Source: Eledone cirrhosa (Eukaryota). Taken from it: a stretch of 64,000 nt of DNA. The stretch covers positions 11,408,001-11,472,000 of the forward strand of contig OZ024756.1 of assembly GCA_964016885.1 (NCBI GenBank), in the 5' to 3' direction. A program made the translations under genes and the position numbers. Shown here piece after piece: positions 1 to 13,285 of this stretch (positions are counted from its first letter, which is position 1; the number at the start of each line of letters is the position of its first letter). Under the pieces are notes generated by a model. That model was given only the letters and a program-made list of their open reading frames with translations. It ran no database searches and was not told the origin of the DNA.

Positions 1-18
1 ATATATATGTATATATAT

Positions 19-290
19 ATCATCATCATCATCATCATTTTACGTCTGCTTATCCCTGCCTACAAGGGTGGGATGGGTCCTCTTCAGCACCTCATCTCTC
101 CACCCGTCACAGTCCTTCGTCATCTCCTCTGTGAGATTCAGTGATCTGAGGTCAGCTCTCACCACCTCTGCCCATGTCTTCCGTGGTCTTCCTCTACTGT
201 GTCTTCCTTCCACTGGGATTTCTTGGCATTTCTTCACCCAGCGATCATCATCCATGCGCATCACATGTCCATAGCTGTACAGTCTTCTCT
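19..290 (-). mobile_element. RTE-clade LINE 3' fragment
   Basis: Minus ORF MRMDDDRWVKKCQEIPVEGRHSRGRPRKTW is the typical RTE ORF2 C-terminus and is followed by a (GAT)n tail (catcatc on +). Confidence 0.85.
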
Positions 291-599
291 CTCTCTATAT
301 ATATATATACTCATATACAACATCACACACACCGATGGACACACAAACACTAAAACATCAACACGCACACAAAAGCTTCCCTCTACAGATAATACACAGA
401 CATATACATACACATACATATGCACTCTTATACACAGAAACAATTTTTAAAATAACCTATATACACCTATAGACACACACACAAACTCATTCAACACACA
501 TGTGATAATACACACACACACACACACACATTCACATGTACACGCACAAAAAAAAACTAATATCTCACAGACATACACACATACACATACCAGTGTACA

Positions 600-945
600 C
601 ACTATACTTTATAAGGCTCAGTGCTACCCCCATGGCCACACACACGCACATAGACTCAAGCCACGCACATAGACTCAAGCCACGCACATCTACCAATTTC
701 TTCCATTTGACACACACACCACACCCATGTCACCCCCATAACCTTCACACTACCCAAGGCTGGATCTTCCCTAACCTTCTCACACTACTCATACATCTAT
801 TTGTTCTCTCCTTATACAAACTTTCCCGAAGAAGGACTTCTGCCTGAAACGTTGAAACCTCCTCCACTTCCTCCAAGCGTGAACCTAATATAACTGTGTT
901 ATTTGGCCTCCTGTGTTTTGTTTTGTTTCAATTATTAATTATATG
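600..945 (+). mobile_element. Penelope-like 3' end remnant with degenerate hammerhead motif (822-857)
   Basis: tttc-cCGAAGA-aggacttctgcct-GAAA-cgtt-gaaa: stem I tttc/gaaa and a palindromic AACGTT, but one core substitution. It ends in (TA)n and has the same layout as 16640-16782. Confidence 0.5.
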
Positions 946-979
946 TCTATATATATATATATATATACATATATATATA

Positions 980-2264
980 CAGGGTGAGGACGATATTTGT
1001 TCGCAATTTTCAACTGCTAATTTTATGCAAATTTTTTTTACTTCCGTTGTCACTCTTGTCTTCATAAAAACAGTGTCTATATTTCCATTATTTATTTTCA
1101 GAATAATTGATTATGAATAATTTTGAACCTCCAAATTTGTGGAAGAGATACAAAGTTCTTCTTGGAATCTGCTCCAGGAAGACAAATAAAGAAATTTCAG
1201 ATTTTCTCAGTGTCAGCAGGAGAATGGTGGAAAAGGTCAGAAATCAATTGGAAGATTCAGGATTCGACTACGAAGCAACATCAGAGAGGAAAACACATGA
1301 TCGACGATCTGACGCCTTCAGAATGCCCGAGTTCGTCGCTGAAGTTCAGGATATTATCAACAATGAACCTAGCAAGTCGATGCATGCCATTGCAAGGGAG
1401 AAAGGCGTGGATGAAAAGCTCATTAGGCTGGTGGTACATGAAGACATTCGCTACGTTTCATACAAGATGAGGAAAGGACAATTTCTGTCAAAGGCGATGC
1501 AAGAAAAGCGACTGAAGCACTCAAAGAAGCTGATCAACAAGTTGAAACACCCACTGGAGCCAGACATGCTGTGGTTTTTATCCGACGAGAAAAACTTCTG
1601 CCAAGACCAGAAGATCAACTCCCAGAACAACAGGTGGCTCGCTGTATCATCCAAAGGCGTGCCCAGAGTCATGCAGACAAAGTTTCCCACAACAACATTG
1701 GTCTTAGGTGTCGTCAGCAGTCAAGGTGACGTCATGCCACCTCACTTCTTCCCTGAGGGCCTCAAGCTGAACACCGATGGCTACATCTGCATTCTGAGTG
1801 AGGTAGTAAAGCCCTGGATCGACCAGGTAGCTGCAGGTAGGCCGTACGTGTGGCAGCAAGACTCAGCGCCCTGCCATACCAGCCGAAAGACCGAAGCCTG
1901 GCTGTCAGATAACTTCGTCGACCACACTTCACCTGACATCTGGCCTCCCAGCTCGCCTGACTACAACCCCCTTGACTTCTTTGTGTGCAGCGCAGTGGAA
2001 CGAGACACCAACAGATCTAGCTGAAGGCCAGGATCACAAGTGCCTTTAGGGGCCTAAATCGGGGGACAGTGACGAAGGCCTGTAGCCAGTTCCGAGGCCG
2101 CCTTGAGGCTGTCATCAAAGCCAATGGCGGGTTTATCAAGTGAAATTGAAAGAACAAGTCATGAAGACAAACTGACCCAAGTTTGATAAATATATCTTAA
2201 AAAATAAAACTACTGTGTTATTTTTTCCTAGACAGTAATCTTGCGAACAAATATTGTCCGCACC

Positions 2265-2267
<3 letters not shown>
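980..2267 (+). mobile_element. Tc1/mariner DD37D (maT-type) DNA transposon, near full length
   Basis: 27-bp TIRs cagggtgaggacgatatttgttcgcaa / ttgcgaacaaatattgtccgcaccctg, TA-flanked inside (TA)n, with an internal transposase ORF. Confidence 0.95.
1113..2024 (+). pseudogene. DD37D transposase, prematurely terminated
   Basis: N-terminal HTH-like region; SDEKNF, QQDSAPCH and SPDYNPLD motifs with 37 residues between the 2nd and 3rd catalytic D. The stop at 2022-2024 comes from a 19-bp deletion relative to the copy at 33684. Confidence 0.9.
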
Positions 2268-2310
<43 letters not shown>

Positions 2311-2318
<8 letters not shown>

Positions 2319-2662
2319 CAATGATATTAAATAAATGGAAACTATATTTATAAAACCATATTTATTCTATTATATATATTTCAAGGGTACCAAAATTTTG
2401 GTACGCTATCATCAGATAAAATACGAAGTGTGTTTTATAAATTTTGACATAACCAAGAAAAATATACCTTAACGGTTCAAGTTTTCCTTGGATAGTGGTA
2501 CCCTTGAAATATATATAATAGAATAAATATGGTTTTATAAATATAGTTTCCATTTATTTAATATCATTGAATATTATACTCCAGAAATCTGTCGAGTGCT
2601 CTGAATCAGTTATAAACATTTATATTTGTTGAATTACCAACAAATTGAATATCCTTTCTGCT
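2311..2662 (+). mobile_element. Fold-back Penelope-like end (family E)
   Basis: Inverted arms (about 2311-2391 vs 2496-2578), then a unique tail actccagaaatctgtcgagtgctc..., flanked by TA repeats. Homologous to 43691-44360, 51855-52515 and 32576-32730. Confidence 0.7.
2365..2421 (-). ncRNA. Type I hammerhead ribozyme motif
   Basis: Minus strand reads ttttat-CTGATGA-tagcgtaccaaaattttggtaccctt-GAAA-tatatata-atagaa, giving stem I ttttat/atagaa, stem II gtacca/tggtac and a palindromic stem III. Confidence 0.65.
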
Positions 2663-2849
2663 TATATATATAATATATATATTTATGTTTGTTCGTTCAC
2701 CACTGGATAGAACTGGTCATTCCATATAGTCACCGGATTCATACTGAACCCGGTCACTGAAATGATCTTAGTATAATAAACCTTTTAAGGAACTACACCA
2801 GTCCAGCCTTCTGTTATTTTATAATATATAATATATATAATATATATCA

Positions 2850-4340
2850 GAGATCGAATTGATCTAGATGAAATGCAGTTTGGGTTTGTGTCAGGTAAAA
2901 GTACCACATATGCTCTTTTCCTTGTACGACAACTACAGGGGAAGTACCTAGCCCTACAGACTTTAACAAGAGTTTAAGACTGGCTGCCCTTGGGAACTTC
3001 TATACGCAGATGATCTAACTCTCATAACTGAATCTATGGCTGAACTAGAGAAGAAATTCCAAACATGGAATCATGGCCTAGAATCAAAAGGCCTTAACTT
3101 GTCTAAGACTAAAGTTCTAGTATATAGAAAGTAAAATAGGGCACAGGTGCCCTCTGGGAAATGGCCATGCTCAGTGTGTAGGAAAGGAGTAGGTAGAAAT
3201 TCCATTCTATGTCCCACATGCAAACTATGGGTACATAAAGGTGTTAGTGGGTTCACAGGCAAGCTATCTAAGAACGTAGATTTTATATGTGGCCGATGCT
3301 CAGGTGCAATAAGTAGCAAGAACCCACTGGATACTAGCTCCTTCAACTGCCCAGATGGTTCTATAGAAATAGTAGACACTTTCTGTTAACTGGGTGACAA
3401 AATCAGCAGTGGAAGAGGGTACCCTGAAAGTACAGTAGCCAGAGTCAGAACGGGATGGAAAAAGTTCAGAGACCTTATACCGCTGTTGGCCACAAAAAGT
3501 TTCTCTCTAAAAATGATGCCTGCATACGAACAGCAATGTTACATGGCAGAGAGACATGGGCATTGCATGCAGAGGACCTGCGCAGACTGGAAAAGAACGA
3601 AGCATGCATGCTCCGTTGAATGTGTAATAGTAATATATGCAAACGGCAAAACATAAATGAACAAAGTGAGAAATTAGGAATAAGAGGTATCAGGTGCTGT
3701 TTACTTGAGAGAAGACTACGTTGGTATGATCACGTGATGCGCATGAAAGACGACAGCTGTATAAAAAAGTGCAGGGCGATCAAAATTGTTGGAAGTTACG
3801 GAGTAGGTAGACCTAGAAAAACCTGGGATGACTTGATAAATTCTGACCTTGCACACTTGCACTTCTCTGAGACAATCTCACTGGATCGAGATCTCTGGCA
3901 CCACACAGTAATACAGAAGACCCGCCTTCCCTACGTGCAATGTTCACCTACAGTCTGTAGGCCCCTCCAAACCAAACATATACCCCAACCCACTACCCCT
4001 ACTCCATCCTCCCACTCCCGCCAACACCAAAATTTCTCTATAAAGTTATGTTGGTACCACAACATCCAGTCCGAACTAATGAGGTCGTGTAGGTGTCATG
4101 ACAAAAAAACACACAGTCCACGCTGTAATGTGGTCGTGTAGGTAACACAGTAAAAAGGTCCCAGTCCATACTCTAATTGTGGTTGGTGTTAGGAAGGGCA
4201 TCCAGCCATAGAAAACCTGCCAGATAGTCCTATACAAGCGAGACACAGTCACTCGACCAGCCTTGCCTCAAGTGGGACAATTCTCGTCTAACCCATGCTA
4301 GCATGGAAGATGGACGTTAAACGATGATGATGATGATAAT
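2850..4340 (+). mobile_element. 5'-truncated, decayed RTE-clade LINE (RT, PHD-like finger, 3' UTR, (GAT)n tail)
   Basis: MQFGFVSGKST, ELLYADDL, KWPCSVCRKGVGRNSILCPTCKLWVH..FICGRC and ERRLRWY..GRPRKTW motifs with frameshifts and stops; tail gatggacgttaaacgatgatgat. Confidence 0.9.
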
Positions 4341-4475
4341 GAATATATATATATATTATATATATATAATATATATATATAATATATATATATAATATAT
4401 ATATATAATATATATATATAATATATATATATATAATATATATATATAATATAAATATAATATATATATATATAC

Positions 4476-4810
4476 ACAGAAATTGAACGAAGACTGTGTT
4501 ACACTGTCTTCTGTAATCAGTAACGTAATCCATGATACATTAAAAATAGACGATATTATATATAAACTGCATTAGGAGAAAATTAGTGACAGAAATATAT
4601 GAATGTTTATTTAAGCGATCGCTAACCGGAAGTTGACATTTGAAAATTTTAAAGAAGTGAATCTTTAAATAACCAATAGAATATATTTAATCAACAGCCA
4701 CGAAATTTAGTAGATAAATTATGTAATATTCATTCATTATTTATTCAAAGTAATCCAACTTATTTTACTAATGGGATAAAAAATGATAAACCGTATGCAG
4801 TCCCGCATTT
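4476..4810 (-). mobile_element. Internal fragment of the non-autonomous Helitron at 52014-52429
   Basis: Near-identical to 52143-52400 (agaaattgaacgaagactg...catgatacattaaaaa...aaactgcattaggagaaaattagtgacagaaa). Confidence 0.65.
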
Positions 4811-5005
4811 TGGCAGTGTCGATGGAGCGTCAATCACCATGATTTGCAGCATAGAGTTATGGCTCTTTACGTTCTGAATTCAAATTCCACCGAGGTTAAC
4901 TTTGCCTTTCATCCTTACAGGGTCAATAAAATAAAGCACCAGTAATACACTGGAGTTGACTTAATCGACTTTCCCCTTGTGCCTAAATCAGAAATCCTTA
5001 TTACT
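4805..5005 (+). mobile_element. tRNA-derived SINE, family 2
   Basis: B-box-like gaattcaaattcc and core gttaactttgcctttcatccttacagggtcaataaaataaag-accagta; homologous to 41492-41690 and 54050-54239. Confidence 0.7.
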
Positions 5006-5019
5006 TACATTAAACTGCA

Positions 5020-6231
5020 TCCAATGGCAAGGCTCCAGTTTGAGAGTTCAGGATCTGTGGGGAATGGGGAGTTACTCCTTAGTTGTTATCACTCCCTGTC
5101 TGCTCTGGCCCGGAGCAGTAGAACCTGTTAGGACCCCATTTATGGTTTAAATTATTACCTTACTCAAGTGGCGCCGGTAAGGTATTATCAACCATTGAAA
5201 AGAAATTTGGAGAGTATATTTAACAGCACTAGGGTTAGAGCCCCTAACTACATTGTCAAGGAGCAGTCTGGTCATTATGACTCTGCTGGTTTAGAACTGC
5301 CGGGAGGGGCAGCGGATGATGGAACGGCTGTCTCTTCCTGCAGAAGAGCCATTAAAATGGGCACTGTGAATGTGAAGACTGTTCGGATGCTGGAGAAGAG
5401 AGAGGACTTGAGTCATCTGTTCGAGGAGAGTGGTATGCAGATACTTGTGGCCCAAGAACACCGGATCCTACATAATGAGCCCGTGAAGAGATTGATGATT
5501 GGAAAGAGAAGCCAGCCATCACCACATTAGCAGTGAGGAACACAACAAATGCTGCAGTAGGAGGAGTGGGTTTTGTGTTCAGTGCAAAAACCAGTCTATT
5601 GGTGAGGGAAATCATACCTGTCTCCCCATAAGTGTTGAGGATAACCTTCAATGGAAACCCAAGGCTGACAATCATCTCAGCCTATAGTCCAACTGAGAGG
5701 GACAGTGATGTGAGCGCAGAGTATTACATGAGGAAGTGTGTAGAACTGTCAACACCGCACCAGCTCATAACATACTGCTTGTTCTGGGGGACTTCAATGC
5801 ACATCTGAGTAAGGAGAGCAGTGACTATCCTTGCTGGTACTTCCATAACAACACCAACCAAATTGGGAGACTTTTGAGGGACACCCTGCTGGAGGCGAAC
5901 TTGATAACAACCAACCTAAGGTTTAGGAAGAATCCGGGGAAGATGTGGATCTACGTCTCAGATATGCATCTGTCCAAGTCCCAGATTGATTTCATTCTGG
6001 TGAGGAAAAAGTGGTGGAATAGTGTTCTGCACACAAAACCATACAACTATTTCAGTACACTGGGCAGTGACCACCGGCTTGTTATGAGTGAGGTCCGGGT
6101 GAGTTTAAGAAAGACCAAGGCTCAGCCACGGAGAGCAATCTATGACTGGGGAGCTTTCAAGGAGGATGATAAGCTACAGGAGAGGTTCACAGTAGAAGTG
6201 AGGAACAGGTTCAGTGCTCTGTGTGGAGAGA

Positions 6232-6276
<45 letters not shown>

Positions 6277-8082
6277 GAGAGAGATGGGAGGGACTGAGGA
6301 GAGTGTGACGAGGAGGTACGGGTACTTCACCACTGCAGTGGCAGAAGCAAGTGAGGCCCTGGTGCTGAGGAGAGAGAAGAAGAGGAAGCACGTCAGCTCT
6401 GGAGACCCAAAAGAGTGTTCAGCCAGAGAACACCTGAAAGATGCCAAGGACCAATTCCATGCTGATCCTACAGAGGACAGGAAGGAAAATATGGAGGTGA
6501 TGAGGGAAGAACTCTGTACCGTTTACACTGAGGCCAAAGAGGAGGCACTGATGGAGAAGATCTGGAGTCTAGAGAGAGTGGTTGACAGGTGTAGGTGTAA
6601 AGAGAGCTGGACAATCATCAACGAGATCACAGGGAGCAATAGAAGGAGTTTGAGTCAGATCCAGGGAACAGGGCCCGAGGATAGGAAGAGGAAATGGCTG
6701 GACCATTTTAAGACCCTACCAGGAGAGCTACCTTCCACAGCCCAGAACACTGGGGAGATCAGGCAGTTGTTTGAGGAACTGGATATTGAAACAGGACACT
6801 TCGCCCAAGAGGAGCTTCAGAGAGCCAAGAAGATCAAGGAGGGCAAGGCCCATGGAGAAGATGGAGTGGCATCAGAGGTGATGAAGAGGTGTGATTTTGA
6901 TGATATCATCCTGGAGTTCTGTAACCAGGCACTGAAGAAGGGAGATCTCTCTAACACCAACAACTACAGGGGGGTATCACTGACATCACTTGTGGCAAAG
7001 ACCCTCAACAGGATGATTCTTAACAGGTTCCAGCCCAAAATGGAGAAGATCAGGGACAACCAGAATGGCTTCCGCGAGGGGAGATCAACTACTAGTCACA
7101 TCCTGATGCTGAGGAGAATTTTAGGAGGAGCTAGAGCAAAGATTCTGTGGACCAAGACTGCCTGATGAAGATCTTACAGGCTTATGGAAGACAGTGGACC
7201 TGATATCACTGCTCTACACCAACACCAGAGCCCAAGTCACTACACCTGATGGGATGGAGGAGTTCTTTGAGATACTGGCTTTGAGATACTGGGCAATACA
7301 TTGGCTCCCTGCCCTATTGTATGTTCCTTGCACTGGAGAAACACCTGGACTTGGGCTTTACTGTAGCACTGACTTAGAGCAACAGAATTAAGGCTAAACA
7401 GATAGATGCTGAATTTGTTGATGACATAGTTCTGGTGACAAACACAGTGAAGGAGGCAGAGGAGTTGATGCGAGAAGTGGAGGCCGTGTCAATGAGTGTG
7501 GAGCTGAGAATGAATGAGATTAAGATGAAGTATCTAATAGAGAATATTAAGAAGCCAGAGAAGAATATGAATATGGGTGGGGAGCCGCTAGAGTTGGTTG
7601 AGGACTTCCTGTATCTGGTAGCAAAGATTGGGAACACAGAGGATGATGTGGTGGAAAGGAAGAGCAAAGCCTGGGCAGCGTGCCACAGTTTGACGTTTGT
7701 GTGGAAGTCGGACCTTCGTAAAGACCTGAAGATCCGTCTCTTCATTGCTGTTGCGGAGTCTGTGCTGCTGAACGGGTGTGAGACTTGATGGTAGATGGGT
7801 GCTACACGAGAATGCTAAGGATGGCTCTAAACATTAATCAGTATACACTGAGGATGAAAAACTCAGAGCTGTATGGGAGCCTCCCAAAAGTCAGCTCGAA
7901 AGTGACACAGAGGAGACTGAGGTTGGCTGGACATGCTCACTGACATTCAGAGTTGACACTGCACTCAGTGCTCCTGTGGAAGCCCCTACACAGACACACT
8001 GGAAGAGGGAGACCTAGGATGACATATATTGATGCCCTAAGGACAGACACTGGTCCCTGGGAGAAGCAGGACATGGCAGCGA

Positions 8083-8087
<5 letters not shown>
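5020..8087 (+). mobile_element. Near-full-length decayed non-LTR retrotransposon (APE endonuclease + RT, RTE/RTEX-like)
   Basis: Endonuclease motifs GTVNVKT, AQEHR, VLGDFNAH, SQIDFILV, SDHRLV; RT motifs NYRGVSL, QNGFREGRSTTSHI, FVDDIVL; many frameshifts; (GA)n expansion at about 6237-6283; ends gatgat-(TA)n. The 5' boundary is uncertain. Confidence 0.9.
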
Positions 8088-8129
<42 letters not shown>

Positions 8130-8170
8130 CGAAATATGAGGAAATAATAGACAAAAATATACCTATGTTT

Positions 8171-8220
<50 letters not shown>

Positions 8221-8221
8221 G

Positions 8222-8272
<51 letters not shown>

Positions 8273-8340
8273 TTATATATGTATATATTTATGTATATGT
8301 GTATGTATGTATATATATATATATGTATATATATATGTAT

Positions 8341-8374
<34 letters not shown>

Positions 8375-8391
8375 ATATAAATACATATATA

Positions 8392-8490
<99 letters not shown>

Positions 8491-8521
8491 GTATATATGT
8501 ATGTATATATGTATATATGTA

Positions 8522-8595
<74 letters not shown>

Positions 8596-8630
8596 TACAT
8601 ACATACACACATATACATACATACACACAC
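8086..8630. repeat. (TA)n/(TATG)n microsatellite
   Basis: Seen directly; the YI-repeat ORFs are artefacts. Confidence 0.95.
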
Positions 8631-9070
8631 TGTTATCATTTAACATTTATTCATTCAGCCAACATTAAGAGATGGTAATCAGAAAAATAATCAAGAGAAA
8701 CAACTTAGTTAGTCCACAGTTGTCTGCCCCTACTGGTTAAAATTTTCTCAAAATCTCCTTCGTACAGGTTCATATAAATTCTGTTGGCTGAAACAAATTA
8801 TCGATTAATCGAACCATTTTTCAGATGATGGGTGGGAGGAGTACATGGAACTCTCAGATACCCCTAGCAGTACCCAGAGGTGACGTTAAATTTTCACACT
8901 GTGTTATTGATGAAATGAAAATAAAATCTTTTGGAAGTTCTATAAGGAAATATACTTTCATATATAATACAGTGTACATATATATTCATACACACACACA
9001 CACATATATATGTATGTGTGTGTATATATATATATGTATATATGTATATATATGTGTGTGTGTGTGTTCG

Positions 9071-9117
<47 letters not shown>

Positions 9118-9119
<2 letters not shown>

Positions 9120-9466
9120 AGGCACATGGCTTAGTGGTTAGAGCATTGGCCTTGCAATTGAAAGGTTGTGAATTCAATTCTCAGACCGGGTGTTGTGTTG
9201 TTTCCTTGAGCAAGACACTTTATTTCACATTGCTCCAATTTACTCAGCTGTAGAAATGAGATGATAGGACTAGGGTCCCTATCATTCCACTGCAAAGTGG
9301 TCGTGGAGGTGCCACGGCAAAAAAAAAAACACCCAGCACTCACTGTAAATGAGGTTGGTGTTAGGAAGGGCATCCAGCTGTAGAAATAAAGCCAGAATCA
9401 GTTCCCATCCCACCCTTGCAAGCAGGGAAAAAGCGGACGTAAAATGAAATGATGATGAAATGATGA
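9118..9466 (+). mobile_element. tRNA-derived SINE, family 1 (RTE-type tail)
   Basis: A box TGGCTTAGTGG, B box GAATTCAATTC, core ccttgagcaagacacttt, tail gcaagcagggaaaagcggacgtaaaatga(tga)n. Confidence 0.9.
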
Positions 9467-9635
9467 TATATGTATACATACATGCACGTGAAATGTGTAA
9501 AAACACAGTTAATTCTTTTTTGTATATAAGAATATTAATATGAAATCTATCAATGACAAAACTGGATAACAAGGACATTTTTTTTTATTAAGCTAAGTCT
9601 TTCTCTCTCTCTCTCTCTCTTTCTTTCTCTATTTT

Positions 9636-9694
<59 letters not shown>

Positions 9695-9719
9695 GAATAG
9701 GTATATATATATATACATT

Positions 9720-9758
<39 letters not shown>

Positions 9759-9759
9759 T

Positions 9760-9790
<31 letters not shown>

Positions 9791-9793
<3 letters not shown>

Positions 9794-9996
9794 GGAACGA
9801 GTAGGACCCCGACGGCTGAGCTCAAGCCGTTTCGGCGGCTAATTCTGAACTAATTCAGTCCAGAATTAGCCGTCGAAACGGCTTGAGCTCAGCCGTCGGG
9901 GTCCTACTCGTTCCTATTACCCACTCTACTACCCTAAGTATTGAGTACTTTGGTGCGTTATGGTCCACCTGGTTCCTTACCACATTTCCTCCGTTA
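9791..9996 (+). mobile_element. Fold-back Penelope-like end (family A) with hammerhead 3' half
   Basis: Inverted arms about 9791-9847 and 9860-9916 plus an 80-bp tail; GAAA-CGGCT..AGCCG-TC-gggg; embedded in (TA)n. Confidence 0.7.
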
Positions 9997-10057
9997 TATA
10001 TATATATATATATATATATGAATATGTATATATATATATATACATTTGTGTATATAT

Positions 10058-10116
<59 letters not shown>

Positions 10117-10140
10117 TTTGTGTGTGTGTGTATATATATA

Positions 10141-10910
10141 AGCAATATTACATGGCAGTGAGACATGGGCATTGTGTGCAGAGGATATACACAGACTGGA
10201 GAGGAACGAAGCTTCCATGCTCCGTTGGATGTGTAATAGTAATATACGTAAACGGCAAAACATAAATGAACTAAGTGAGAAATTAGGAATAAGAGGGATC
10301 AGATGCTGTTTACTTGAGAGAAGACTACGTTGGTATGGTCACGTGATGCGCATGAAAGATGACAGCTGTATAAAAAAGTGCAGGGCGATCAAAATAGACA
10401 GTAGCTACGGTGTAGGTAGACCCAGAAAAACCTGGGACGACTTGATAAATTCCAACCTCACACATTTACACCTCTCCAAGACAATGTCACTGGACCGAGA
10501 TCTTTGGTGCTATGCAGTAATACAGAAGACCCGCTTTGTCTATGTACAAAGTGAAACCTACAGTCAGTGGGCACCTCTTAACCAAATATACACCCCCGTC
10601 CCACTACCCCTACCCACACCCCCATCAACACCACCCCTTTCTCTGTAAAGTTATATTGGTACCACAACATCCAGTCCGAAATAAATGATGTTGTGTAGGT
10701 GTCACGACAACAAAACACACAGTCCACACTGTATTGTGGCCGTGTAGGTAACACGGTAAAAACCTCCCAGTCCACACTGTAAACGTGGTTGGTGTTAGGA
10801 AGGGCAGGCAGTCCTGTATGAGCAAGACAACCAATCTTGCCTCACGTGGGACAATTCCCGTCTAAACCCATACTAGCGTGGAAGATAGACATTAAACGAT
10901 GATGATGATA
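10141..10910 (+). mobile_element. RTE LINE 3' fragment (same family as 2850-4340)
   Basis: [17 protein letters not shown]...RRLRWYGHVMRM...GRPRKTW, the same 3' UTR and a (GAT)n tail. Confidence 0.9.
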
Positions 10911-10940
10911 CACATTTGTGTGTGTATATATATATATATA

Positions 10941-11527
10941 CAGTGGGTCTTCGATATACGGTAGTTCTTTATCCGGTAAATTCACAGATACGGTGTTGGG
11001 TAATTACTACCATCAATTCTATTTACGGTAAAAAAAAATCAGCAGTAAAGTGGCTCAAGACGTCAAGAAAAACGTCAAGATTTACCAAGAAATGTATGAA
11101 GCCAAAAGAAACACCGCCAAACAGTCCTCCATCTACTCTTTCTTCAAGCCAGTCACACCTGCCAACCGTGCTACAGCTGGCCCTTCAACATCCACTGCAG
11201 TCAACGAGTTTGTTGGTTTTGAGCCTCCCATATCGCCCTCATCCTCCCCTGCCAACTCAGCCCAAGATGAGCAAGGACTGAAACCCATACTGTCCCTTAG
11301 CCTCGGGAGGGACAAATGAAAATGCACATCATCTGATGGACCACGCGGCATGTGTAAGGTACAGTAAATAAAAAAAAAACGTTATTTCTTTTCTGTAGGG
11401 ATGATTTTTTCGATGTGCTGGAACGCATCTCTATCTATTTCATGTTATAATGGGTTCTTTATACGGTAATTCGATATACGGTAAGGGTTTCAGGAATGCA
11501 TATATACCGTATATCGAGGACTCACTG
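10941..11527 (+). mobile_element. Tigger/pogo-type internally deleted DNA transposon
   Basis: TIRs cagtgggtcttcgatatacg / cgtatatcgaggactcactg with TA flanks; residual C-terminal peptide YQEMYEAKRNTAKQSSIYSFFKP. Confidence 0.85.
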
Positions 11528-11581
11528 TATATATATATATATATACACATTTGTGTGTGTATATATATATATACATATATT

Positions 11582-11628
<47 letters not shown>

Positions 11629-11635
11629 TTGTGTG

Positions 11636-11666
<31 letters not shown>

Positions 11667-11764
11667 TTGTGTGTGTGTATATATATATATATATACATAC
11701 ATTTGTGTGTGTGTGTATATGTATATATATACATATATATGTGTGTGTGTGTGTGTATGAATAT

Positions 11765-12030
11765 AATCATCTTCATCGTTTTTACATCCAATTTTCCACT
11801 CTTGCATGGGTCAGACAGGTCCTTCTCAGGGCATCTCTCCACTCATCACATTCCTTCATCATCTCCTGTGCAACAATTTAAAGTCAGCTCTTGCAACTTC
11901 TGCCCAGTTCTTCATTGGTCTACCTCTACAGCAGCTGTCTTCCTGGCATTTCTTCACCCAGCAATCATCATCCATACATATCACATATTCATACTAAAGT
12001 AGACTTCTCTCTCTCTCCTGCACACCATCT
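11765..12030 (-). mobile_element. RTE LINE 3' fragment
   Basis: Similar to 19-290 (ttggcatttcttcacccagc-atcatcatccat). Confidence 0.7.
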
Positions 12031-12329
12031 CGGATTCCTCTTAAACCCAGAACCTCTTAAACCCTCGGCACCTGTTGGGTTGGGTTTCGCTTCAATTTTT
12101 TAATTATAATTTTATAATTTCTCAGTCATTTAATTTAATAACCAGGTGGTTGCTTAGTTGTTGATTGCTAAAACTCTTTCATCACACATTATGTGACCTC
12201 CTCAGTGATTACTATTGTTGTTGCTTTCTGTCTCTTCTTTGTTCTGTTTAACACCATCATGTTGACCAGTTGTTTAGCAACTATTTTGTCGTCAAGCATT
12301 TACCAGACAACATAATTGAATTTACAATG

Positions 12330-12590
12330 TGAGGTCGTGTAGGTGTCACAACAAAAAAAAAAACACACAGTCCATGCTGTAATGTGGCCGTGTAGGTAAC
12401 ACGGTAAAAACTTCCCAGTCCACACTGTAAACGTGGTTGGTGTTAGGAAGGGCATCCAGCCGTAGAAAACCTGCCAGACAGTCCTATACGTGCAAAACAC
12501 CCATCTTGCCTCAAGTGGGACAATCCCCATCTAAACCCATGCTAGCGTGGAAGATAAACGATGAAGTTAAACGATGATGATGATGATGAT
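12330..12590 (+). mobile_element. RTE 3'-UTR-only insertion
   Basis: Matches 4080-4340 and ends in a (GAT)n tail. Confidence 0.8.
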
Positions 12591-12692
12591 AGATCAAAAT
12601 TATTCTTCCAATTAATGGGAGGGTTTGACAATTGTTTAAATTCTAGCGGGAGATTTGGAATAAACAGAGGTGTTGGAAAATCAGTAATTGTT

Positions 12693-13109
12693 TACTCTCG
12701 GGTCGCAAATAACAGTGTGTGTGTGTGTGGGGGGGGGGGGGGCTAATCAGTTGGGGTTGAAAATCATTAATTTTTCTAGGTTGTCTCCCCTGATTTTTAT
12801 TTAAAAACCAGAATTAGTTCATTACTTTACATTTTGAGACCCCAACCCTTCCTATTTATTTTATAACACACGGTATTTCTTGTGATTTTTTGTTTTTTGT
12901 TTTTTGTCATGTAAAACGTTTTTTATTGTTTAAAGAAAATTAATTGTTGCAGGAATGCTACCACTTAAAATAAAATTTTGCCGGAGATAGATAAGTAAAA
13001 ATTTAATAAGCGGAGGAGGGAACCTGGAATAAGAGCAAAGGTGTTGGAAAGAATCTGAAAAATTAATAAACGAGGGGTGGGGGACACAATTATTCAAGAC
13101 CTGAGAATA
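12693..13109. mobile_element. Putative MITE with imperfect TIRs
   Basis: tactctcgggtcgcaaataa...gggggg at the left end vs ggggacacaattattcaagacctgagaata at the right end. Confidence 0.45.
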
Positions 13110-13285
13110 AGCAGTAAACTTTGCCTTTTGATTTCAGTGTGTAACATATATATATATATACAAATAACATTAAGAAAGATGCTGATGTTACATAGATCGT
13201 TTACTCTGCCAGACACACAAGAAGGATGTGTTGTTTTGTCTGCAGCATATCACATAATTGGATTTTCATCTGAAGATGTCGTTCC

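Noticed and set aside
9118-9190. tRNA genes at SINE heads
   Set aside because: A and B boxes are present, but the heads continue into SINE bodies and lack a proper acceptor stem.
9791-9916. Fold-back elements as classical MITEs or pre-miRNAs
   Set aside because: The repeats are not terminal (one-sided tail), loops vary per copy and no defined TSD is seen. A PLE-type inversion fits better.
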